From Octopus vulgaris (Eukaryota), in NCBI GenBank assembly GCA_951406725.2, contig OX597841.1, positions 15,686,001-15,750,000 of the forward strand: 64,000 nt of DNA. Reading direction: 5' to 3'. Under the pieces are notes generated by a model. That model was not told where the DNA came from. It did no database searches and saw only the letters and a list, made by a program, of their open reading frames with translations. Position 1 is the stretch's first letter, and the number at the start of each line of letters is the position of its first letter. Shown here one piece after another: positions 54,371-64,000 of the stretch. The position numbers and the translations under genes are program-made.

Positions 54371-54865
54371 TGTGGTTTTCACTTTAAGGTCTCACTCCCC
54401 GGAAGAACAGCACTATGTCACTTCCGGTCTAAAATATTGCTGCCGTATTTCTTTTGCACATCTCCACGGATGTATCCCACTGCCAGCTTCCGGTTTTGAT
54501 ATTCTGTAAAAATCATTCATATTTTATTTTGTCTCACTTCACAAAAACGGAAGTCATTAATTGTAAAAATTTCATTTTGTCAATTGCAAAATCAATCTTC
54601 CGGAAGTTTCGTCTTTAGCTACTTCCGGTTTTCTCGATCAAAACACCAGAATAAAACAATGAAATAATAAGATAGACATAACTCCACAATTTGTATTTTG
54701 CATATTTAAGTTTTACGACATGGAAACCACTATTTCGAACCGGAAGTAAGTGATAACAATTTTAATTATATTGATAACACAAATAACGAACCAGATTTTT
54801 TTCTTTTTTAATGGCGTTCACGAGGATTATTTTCTGATAGATGATGTATATACAACTTCCGGGTT
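54371..54865. promoter_or_regulatory. Candidate enhancer or promoter: homotypic ETS-motif cluster
   Basis: CGGA(A/T)G cores at about 54399, 54420, 54466, 54486, 54547, 54597 (palindromic pair), 54621, 54739 and 54855, in non-repetitive AT-rich DNA. RUNX-like TGTGGTT/AACCAC at 54371 and 54725. Confidence 0.55.
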
Positions 54866-54879
54866 GGACTTATGTTATC

Positions 54880-55112
54880 TATTTCTTTATTGCCCACAAG
54901 GGGCTAAACACAGAGGGGACAAACAAGGACAGACAAACGGATTAAGTCGAATGCATAGACCCCCCAGTGCGTAACTGGTACTTAATTTATCGACCCCGAA
55001 AGGATGAAAGGCAAAGTCGACCTCGGCGGAATTTGAACTCAGAACGTAACGGCAGACGAAATACGGCTACGCATTTCGCCCGGCGTGCTAACGTCTCTGC
55101 CAGCTCGCCGCC
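54880..55112 (-). mobile_element. SINE family B, full length
   Basis: Reverse-complement match. Confidence 0.9.
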
Positions 55113-55339
55113 TTATGTTATCATGTATCGTTTACCTTTCATCATTTCTTTGTTTTAAACACTGGACTGCGGCCACGCTGGGGCACCGCCTGGAAGGATT
55201 TTAGTTTCAGCAATCGACTCCAGTATTTCTGTTGATCTTTCTTTGCAGACAATAACTGTTTTTTATACAACTTGAAGAATTCTTAGGCTAAATTGATATA
55301 AACGTTTCGAATTTACCGGCACAATTAGAAGGGGTAAGA

Positions 55340-55832
55340 GGAGAAAGAAAAAGGAGGAGGAAGAGGAGGGAGAGGAGAAAGAAGATGAAGAAAAAGAATG
55401 AGATGATGATGATGGTGGTGGTGGTGGTGGTGGTGGTGGTGGTGATGTTGATGATGATGATGATGATGATGGTGATGGTGATGGTGATGATGATGATGGT
55501 GATGGTGATGATGATGATGATGGTGATGGTGATGGTGATGATGATGTTGGTGATGATGGTGATGATGATGTTGGTGATGATGGTGATGGTGATGATGATG
55601 AGGAGGATGATGGTGGTGGTGGTGGTGGTGATGGTGATGGTGATGATGATGATGATGATGATGATGATGGTGATGATGGTGATGATGAGGAAAAAGTTGA
55701 AGGAGAAAAGAAGCAGAGAGAGGCGAAAGAAGAAGAAGAAGATGAAGAAGAAGAAGAAGAAGAAGAAGAAGAAGAAGAAGAAGAAGAAGAAGAAGAAGAA
55801 GAAGAAGAAGAAGAAGAAGAAGAAGAAGAAGA
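55340..55832. repeat. (GAT/GGT)n then (GAA)n tracts
   Basis: Directly visible. Confidence 0.95.
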
Positions 55833-56119
55833 CGAGATGGGGGGTGGCGGGGATACAGAAGAAGTTTGTCTCATTTAACGGGAGATTTCAGTAGATTAGA
55901 TGTGGAAAATTGGCTGTAGCAGAGAAAGAATTTTAAAACCGGATGTGAGAAAATACAGACTTCCGGAGTTTCAATCTTTTATCATTTGTAATTATATTTT
56001 CAAACAAACGTTCTTTTGTTTCTTTCTTTCGAAACAAATATGAAAATAACATCCGGTTTTTTTTGGAGGGGGGGCGGTTATTATGTGTTGATATTATAGT
56101 TTAGCCCTGGCCGACCACA

Positions 56120-56343
56120 CCTATTTCTTTACTACCCACAAGGGGCTAAACACAGAGGGAACAAACAAGGACAGACAAACGGATTAAGTCGATTATATCG
56201 ACCCCAGTGCGTAACTGGTACTTATTTAATCGACTCCCGAAAGGATGAAAGGCAAAGTCGACCTCGGCTGAATTTGAACTCAGAGGCAGACGAAATACCG
56301 CTCAGCATTTCGCCCGGTGTGCTAACGTTTCTGCCAGCTCGCC
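56120..56343 (-). mobile_element. SINE family B, full length
   Basis: Reverse-complement match. Confidence 0.9.
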
Positions 56344-57144
56344 GACCAACACCTATGATCTAAAGCGCTTCAACCGTGACTATCTCCGCTTTTGGTAATG
56401 ACTAATGCAAACCGTACAACAATTACCCATTGTGCAACGTTTTTCAAGTTGAGTAAACATCGAGAATCTTCTCTCTCGACTCATTCGTTGAGTCATGTGT
56501 TGTTTTGATGCTTGACCGAAAAAAATCCACGCCTCCCATTAATAATGCATTCGTGCAACAGAATGTCCTGATGAGACATCAATTAGGGACGAAAATAGGT
56601 TACGCTTTTTCGTCGTTATTTTTCCGAACTCCAAAGAAATAGGTACATTTGACATGACAGTCCGTGTACGTAGGTTTACACACACACGCACACAAATACA
56701 CACACACATATACATGCACGCATGTACACACACATATATATACATGCATACACTCACGCACACATACGCATGCACGCATGCACGCGCGCACACATACATA
56801 CTCATGCACGCGCACACACACACGCGCGCATACACACACACACTCATGCACACACACACAGGCACACACACAGACACACAAACACGCGCGCGCATACACA
56901 CATATATGCACACGCGCACACACACATACACATGGACACGTGCACACACATACACATGCACGCACGCACACACGCGCGCAAGCACACACACACGCGTGCA
57001 CACTTACACACTCAGGCACCCACACACACGCGCGCATACACACACATACATGCACACACGCACACATGCACGCACGCTCACACATGCACACACACACACA
57101 CACTCATATACACACACATACAAATGTATATATGAATAGACCAT

Positions 57145-57497
57145 GTTTCGGTCATTGGACTGCGGCCATGCTGGGGCACTGCCTTTAAAGAATATTTAGC
57201 GGAATGAATCGACCCCATGACTTAGTTTTACTTTTTTATATTATCGGTCCTTATTGTCCAACGGGGACGTAAACACACCAACACCGATGGTCACATAAAT
57301 TCCTTTACTCTCTTATCTGTTTCAGTCATTTGACTACGGCCATGCTGGAGCATCGACTTTTAGTCGCAGAAATCGGTCCCAGAATTTACTTTTTTGTAGG
57401 CCTAGTACTTATTCTATCAGTCTTCTTTGCCGAACGGCTAAGTTACGGGAACATAAACACACCAGCATCGGTTCTCAAGCGGTGATGGAGGATAAAC
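57145..57497 (-). mobile_element. Two degenerate SINE A right halves
   Basis: GACTGCGGCCATGCTGG...GACGTAAACACACC-type sequence twice. Confidence 0.78.
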
Positions 57498-57727
57498 ATA
57501 CACGAACGCGCGCACACTCACACTCAGCATTCACTCTATATTGACTGATGATACAGTATGGACGGATTTTCAAAGTCCAATAATACCCTGCACACCTATT
57601 TGATTATGAAGATTTACAAACATATTTTCCCAGTGAAACTCAATATACCTACCATTATAGATAATACCAAATGTTCTTTTTCGGACTTTTCATAATGTGA
57701 TACAAGTCTTTGGTGTAGCAATTGCAT

Positions 57728-57819
57728 GCGGCTGAAGAGGGCTTTAAACCATCTGTTATGTCGATTATACATTGATGTAAGAATACGTTGTTTCATAAAG
57801 CTCGAAACACGTGTACCGC
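57728..57819 (+). ncRNA. Type I hammerhead ribozyme with long loop II and palindromic stem III
   Basis: GCGG-CTGAAGA-GGGCTTTA-[49 nt]-TAAAGCTC-GAAA-CACGTG-TA-CCGC: 4-bp stem I, 8-bp stem II with one G.U pair, all core residues canonical. Confidence 0.82.
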
Positions 57820-57929
57820 GACATCCTTTGTGTTCTGTTTTTTATTTCATTTGATACACATGTCATCTCACCTCTGCTACTAGCTGGCATATACAGGTGC
57901 TTATACTTATCAAGTATTCACCCTGAATT

Positions 57930-57980
<51 letters not shown>

Positions 57981-57992
57981 TATATACATATA

Positions 57993-58156
57993 TACGACAG
58001 GCTTCTTTCAGTTTCCGCCTACCAAATCCACTCACAAGGCTTTGGTCGGCCCAGGGCTATAGCAGGAGACACTTTCCCAAGATGCCACGCAGTGGGACTG
58101 AACCCGGAAACCATGTGGTTGGTTAGCAAGCTACTTACCACACAGCCACTCCTGCG

Positions 58157-58248
<92 letters not shown>

Positions 58249-58607
58249 TATAAATATACGACGGGCTTCTTCCTGTTTCCGTCTACCCAATCCCCTCAGA
58301 AGGTTTTGGTCGACCCAAGGTTATAGTAGAAGACACTTGACCAAGGTGCCACGCAGTGGGAATGAACCTGAAACCCTGTGGTTGGAAAGCAAGCTTCTTA
58401 CCACCCAGCCGCGCCTGCGCCTACACTACCACGGCTCTATATACATCAGGGCTTCTTTTAGTTTCCATCTACCAAATTCACTCACGAGGCTTTGGTCGTC
58501 CCGAGGCTATTGTGGAAGATATCAACCCAAGGTGTCACGCAGTGGGACTGAACCCGGAACCATGTGATTGGTTAGCAAACTACTTACCACGAAGCCGCAC
58601 CTACGCC
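57993..58607 (-). mobile_element. Three successive SINE A left halves
   Basis: 57993-58157, 58258-58421 and 58448-58607. Confidence 0.88.
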
Positions 58608-59153
58608 TATAGAATTATCACATTGGAGCGGTGAAATTGCAATGAGGGTCCAGAAGAGGAGAATAGGAAACTAAGGGGTCCATAGGGAGGGGAAATGATT
58701 AGGAATTACGAAAGTAAAGCCCTCCAGGTGGTGCCCCAGCATGGCCGCAATTCGAACAACTGAAACAAATAATGGTATAAGAAACGATAAAATAAAGAAT
58801 TTTTCATTTTTTTATTTTTAAAAGGGGTCAAACAAGCTTTGCCCACAAACCCCTTAGATTCCATCCCCCAAACAAGAATGTCGACCTACAGGAAATATTT
58901 TCTTGTTTAGGGGTGCACCAGGGTGGAGACGGGTGGAAGGGTTTACATAAAAATCATGAAAATGTTGACCCCTATCTGACCTCGCCCCTTATTTCCTGTT
59001 TAATGTTTGTCGGGTAAAAGTGGGGTTAGATTGGGGTGGAGGGGTGTCAGTAAGGGGTTGGGTGATGTGATGGAATTTGGAAGGATTTCCCAACGTCATC
59101 ACAAACGACATTATCACGACATGTGTGGCGGGTGTGTACACTACACACACACA

Positions 59154-59191
<38 letters not shown>

Positions 59192-59419
59192 TGTGAGTGT
59201 GTGTGTGTGTATGTATCATACGTTATCCACACACCAAAATATAAATATAATTATCTATGCGTTTTTATACTCGTATCTATACATATGTATGTATATCTAC
59301 TTATCTATACATACATGTGTGTGTGTGTATGTGTACATGTATGTACATATGCGTGTATGTATATATCTGTACACATAATTGTGTATATATATATATCTAT
59401 CTCGCTATATTCTCCATCT

Positions 59420-59466
<47 letters not shown>

Positions 59467-59467
59467 T

Positions 59468-59503
<36 letters not shown>

Positions 59504-59542
59504 CATACATATATATACACATATACACACATATATATATAT

Positions 59543-59596
<54 letters not shown>

Positions 59597-59623
59597 TGAA
59601 TATATATAGAGAGAGAGAGAGAG

Positions 59624-59658
<35 letters not shown>

Positions 59659-59680
59659 CAGAGATACATATGTATATATG

Positions 59681-59725
<45 letters not shown>

Positions 59726-59727
<2 letters not shown>

Positions 59728-59915
59728 CGGGAAGGTTTACGAAAATAAACAAAAGACAAAGGCAGGTGGTGTACAAAACAAACAACTGTATTAGTATGGC
59801 GCTCAGGAATAGAAATAGAACAAGTCTTTTACATTTCGAGCCTACGCTCTTCGACAGAAAGACACACAGAAAAAATACAAGGAGAGAAAAAAATGCGTGT
59901 AGGATCTATCATGGC
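59726..59915 (-). mobile_element. Family P1 element with hammerhead-like motif (59824-59863)
   Basis: Minus strand GTCTTT-CTGTCGA-AGAGC GTAG GCTC-GAAA-TG-TA-AAAGAC. It abuts (TA)n. Confidence 0.75.
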
Positions 59916-59946
59916 GTTTACACACACACATACATACATACATACA

Positions 59947-59977
<31 letters not shown>

Positions 59978-59984
59978 TCCATCT

Positions 59985-60940
59985 TGACCAGTCTTACCAA
60001 GGAACGGGCTGAAAGTAATCTGCCTCTGAAAGATTAGAAAAATGAGTCGAATGCCTACATCGCCCTCGTTATCCTTTATCGCCTGACCGTCTTGCCTTGT
60101 CCCGGTTACTGCTTGACCAGGATGGAGCGCCTCTTATTTAAATTCTTGTAGAAGGGACACGTTCCAGTGGTCAGATAGCCAGTCTGTTGCCGGCATCCTC
60201 TGATTAGGTATGCTGTGGCTCCTAATGCGCAGACACGCCCTTCGGTTACCTCAGCTGCAATGATTTCTGAACGGTGAGCGTGTGTGGGCGCCGTTTGTGA
60301 GGCTTGTCTTTCTGCAGCTCGTCTCCTTGACGGAGCTGTCGTCCTGGCTGCAGAAAAGACCGATACTGGGCGCCTGGCACCTAGAATATCGTCAGGAGCT
60401 CACAACCCTCAGCCAGTCGGACAATGGGATCGGTGGATGTTCCGCTTTAGACATTTATAGAGGTTTAGTGGCGGGGAAGTGCGTCGAGGATTTTGGGGGA
60501 CACTGAGCGCCGACGCGAACGAACTGGTTAGTCTGTTCCGGAGGACTTTCCGGCCAGGAACTATCATGGATAATTTCCGGATGTCCTTGACCTGGCAGTG
60601 CTACCAAGGGGCGCTACCGGTTCGAGATAAACTCTGCAGGCACGGATGTGCTGTCAGACGGACTTGTCCGAGGTCCACGCAGAGTGACAAAACCGTCCTG
60701 CGCGCCCTCGTTCAGTGCCCGGACATTGCTGTCTTATGGGGTTATATCGAACAGATGCTGCCACGTGTGGGAAGGATCCGCCTGTCGGCCGAGTCCGTAG
60801 TGATGATCGCATGATCCGCCCTCCTTCAATCGGGCAGGCAAAGCAGTTTTCCTCCGCATGGTGGTTGTGGCGAAAAGGTTTCCTTGGTGGACAAGGCTGA
60901 AAGGCATGAGGACAGATACATTCCTCTTTGGTAGGAGCAT
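59985..60940 (+). mobile_element. Decayed Tx1/L1-clade LINE ORF2 C-terminal region with zf-RVT remnant
   Basis: ILYRLTVLPCP...ERLLFKFL*KG...WQCYQGALPVRDKLCRHG...TCPRSTQSDKTVLRALVQCPDIAVLW, with stops and frameshifts. Confidence 0.85.
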
Positions 60941-61027
60941 CGGCTTCTCCGTGGAATCGTAGGAGGAAAGCCGCGTCTTGGAAGTTTTAAAATTGATGGA
61001 GCCAGTCTTGTATTTGGACTGAGTACA

Positions 61028-61255
61028 GGCGAGCTGGCAGAAACGTTAGCACGCCAGGCGAAATTGCGTAGCCGTATTTCGTCTGCCGTTACGTTCTGAG
61101 TTCAAATTCCGCCGAGGTCTACTTTGCCTTTCATCCTTTCGGGGTCGATAAATTAAGTACCAGTTACTCACTGGGGTCAATGTAATCGACTTAATGCGTT
61201 TGTCTGTCCTTGTTTGTCCCCTCTATGTTTAGCCCCCTGTCGATAATAAAGAAAC
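61028..61255 (+). mobile_element. SINE family B, full length
   Basis: GGCGAGCTGGCAGAAACG...TTTAGCCCC...AAAGAAA. Confidence 0.9.
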
Positions 61256-61289
61256 AGATTCCTTAAAGAGAATGAAAGTGTGTGTGAGT

Positions 61290-61985
61290 AAGACAGAGAG
61301 AGAGAGAGAGAAGGAGAGACAGACAGACAGAGAGAGAGAGAGGCAGAGAGAGAGTGAGTGAGAGAAACACAAACAGAGAGATGCAGACAGAGAGAGAGAG
61401 AGAGAGAAAGTGAGAGATAGTCACACAGACAGGGAGATAGCGACAGAGAGAGAGTGACACAGATAGAAAGAGAGAAAAACTGACAAGAGAGGCAGAGAGA
61501 ATGAGAGAGACTCAAACAGAGAGAAAGAGATAGACAGAGAGAAAGAGAGAGGCAGAGAGAAAGAGAGACAGAGTCAGAATGAAAGGGAATAGGAGAAAAA
61601 CTGACAGACAGGGGCAGAGAGGGAGAGAGAGGGGGAGTAGAGGGAAAGAAAGACATGGATAAAGGCAGAGTGACAGAGAGAGAGAGAGAGAAAGAGAGAA
61701 AGAGAGAAAGATGTAGAAAGTGAGAGAGACTGACAAACAGACAGACAGACAGACAGAGACAGAGAGAGACAGAGAGAGAGAGAGAGAAACATACACACAA
61801 ACATAGAGGGGGAGAGAGAGAGAGAAAGATATAGAAAGATGTAGAAAGTGAGAGAGACTGACAGACAGACAGACAGAGACAGAGAGAGACAGAGAGAGAC
61901 AGACAGAGAGAGAAGCATACACACAAACAAAGAGGGGGAGAGAGAGAGAGAAAGACATAGAAAGATGTAGAAAGTGAGAGAGACT

Positions 61986-62018
<33 letters not shown>

Positions 62019-62072
62019 AGAAAGAGAAAAAGAGAGAAAAGAGAAGGCTGGAAGAAGAGAAAGAGAGAGAAT

Positions 62073-62109
<37 letters not shown>

Positions 62110-62120
62110 TGAAAGATACA
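61290..62120. repeat. GA-rich tract with an internal tandem unit of about 127 bp
   Basis: AGAAAGATGTAGAAAGTGAGAGAGACTGACA recurs at about 61705, 61833 and 61960. Confidence 0.9.
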
Positions 62121-62662
62121 GAGGAAGTATAGAGATAAACCAGATGGCGCTGCGTTCAATGAAATGTTGCGTGTCTCCTCTCTTCTCCAGTTTGAAATCC
62201 AATCATTTGCATCGTCCCCAATCTCTCTCCCTCTTCACATTTCTCGGAGACACAGCTTCCCTGTCACAGCCACCATCGTCGTATCCAGTCGCCCACTTAA
62301 TACTAGGCGCTCTTCCCTATACCCGTCTACCCCGAACAATCTCGAAAATTGGTATCACACTCCCTATTTTTTTTTGTGTAAGGGAGTATTGGTTGGTTAG
62401 GGGCCTTCGGATAATCTCCAGCATTAAAAAACATAGGGACCGACTATCCATCAAAATGGTGGAGACGTTTTATCGTCTGCTTCCGGTTTACGCTATCGTC
62501 TGCTTCTGTTCTATTCCTTCTTATCTCTCCTTCTCAGTTGACAAACGCACACACACACATAAAAACGTGCGCACACACACACACACATACGCAAATGCAG
62601 ACATACATATATACACACATAAGCACATTCATTCACACATATATCGATATACATACATACAT

Positions 62663-62697
<35 letters not shown>

Positions 62698-62963
62698 CAA
62701 ACACATATACATAAACACATGCTCACATACACGTAAATACGCATACATGCACACATATACACAAACGCATACACACACATTCATACATACATATCTACGC
62801 ACATAGACACAATTACACACATGCCACGCACACACACATACACACACATTCAGGCACACAGACTCGCACACATACATACACACGCATACAGACACATACA
62901 CAAACATACATATACACACACAACTATACACGTAAACGCACGCGCTGACAAATACACTCACAT

Positions 62964-62998
<35 letters not shown>

Positions 62999-63104
62999 TT
63001 TTACTCCTACTGCTCCCATTTTTATTTCTCGGGCCTTCTGTCCACAATATTTGGCCCCTTTTATATACCCACATATATACACAAGCAACCCTTAGTATCC
63101 GGTT

Positions 63105-63752
63105 ACTGTTTAGTCCTAAACCCAACCAGGGCCACCCCCAACCATTATTTTTACGACATGCTGTCAACTCCATCACCACAACCACCTCCATCAACCTCAA
63201 ACATATAAAGAGGAGATCACTGCATTGTAGCTATATTTCCTAGAAATAGCAGCCAAAAGCCCTTAAAACTCGCATCTTAGTGTATTTTATATGTCTATTT
63301 GTATGTAGATCCCTGCATGCTACTGTTTAGTCCTAAACCCAACCAGGGCCACCCCCAACCATTAGTTTTACGACATGCTGTCAACTCCATCACCACAACC
63401 ACCTCCATCAACTTCAAACATATAAAGAGGAGATCACTGCATTGTAGCTATATTTCCTAGAAATAGCAGCCAAAAGCCCCTAAAACTCGCATCTTAGTGT
63501 ATTTTATATGTCTATTTGTATGTAGATCCCTGCATGCTACTGTTTAGTCCTAAACCCAACCAGGGCCACCCCCAACCATTAGTTTTATGACATGCTGTCA
63601 ACTCCATCACCACAACCACCTCCATCAACCTCAAACATATAAAGAGGAGATCACTGCATTGTAGCTATATTTCCTAGAAATAGCAGCCAAAAGCCCCTAA
63701 AACTCGCATCTTAGTGTCTTTTATATGTCTATATGTATGTAGATCCCGGCAT
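63105..63752. repeat. Tandem triplication of a 216-217-bp unit
   Basis: TACTGTTTAGTCCTAAACCCAACC at 63105, 63321 and 63538. Confidence 0.95.
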
Positions 63753-63900
63753 GCGCATTTTTTGTCCTTGATTTTGTCGTTAAACAGTATTGTAGGGTCA
63801 GATGGGCACCATGACGCAAATCGCTGCCAGAAATTTGGAAACGACATGCTGTACATCTTGGCATTCACGCCGGAAGCTCCGATACAAACATTTCAGAGTA

Positions 63901-64000
63901 TTTACTCTTTTTTTACTCTTTTACTTGTTTCAGTCATTTGACTGCGGCCATGCTGGAGCACCGCCTTTAGTCGAGCAATTCGACCCCGGGACTTATTCTT
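63901..64000 (-). mobile_element. SINE family A 3' tail (continues beyond the window)
   Basis: TTACTTGTTTCAGTCATTTGACTGCGGCCATGCTGGAGCACCGCC. Confidence 0.9.

Noticed and set aside
56565-56606. CTGATGA...GGGACGAAA hammerhead candidate
   Set aside because: Stems I and II do not pair adequately. At best a heavily decayed relic.

Overview
Repeat-dominated, AT-rich animal genomic DNA, most likely from an octopus (inferred from the SINE families and the extreme microsatellite load). No intact host protein-coding gene can be supported. Almost all ORFs in the track are translations of (TA)n, (CA)n, (TATG)n, (CAC)n, (TAG)n, (GAA)n or (GA)n repeats, or of SINEs. The recognisable content is: about 30 full or half copies of one tRNA-derived SINE, a second (Meta-domain-like) SINE including a 184-bp tandem array, and further tRNA-headed SINEs; decayed LINE 3' ends (RTE, CR1/L2-Jockey group, HERO-like, R4/Dong-like, Tx1/L1); mariner fragments, non-autonomous Helitrons and a piggyBac-type MITE; a 4.9-kb (CAC)n array, several minisatellites and a perfect 208-bp-arm palindrome. 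The most interesting signals are: (i) many short Penelope-type elements carrying minimal type I hammerhead ribozyme motifs, three with a near-complete fold and two of these related by compensatory stem changes; (ii) a permuted hammerhead-like structure in a HERO-like 3' UTR; (iii) a covarying 3'-tail stem-loop linking the main SINE to a CR1-type partner LINE; (iv) an RTE C-terminus with three tandem C2H2 fingers plus its non-autonomous derivative; (v) a dense ETS-motif cluster and other candidate cis-regulatory islands, with one well-formed isolated exon. All calls were made by eye without database searches. Family names rest on recalled consensus motifs and boundaries are approximate.
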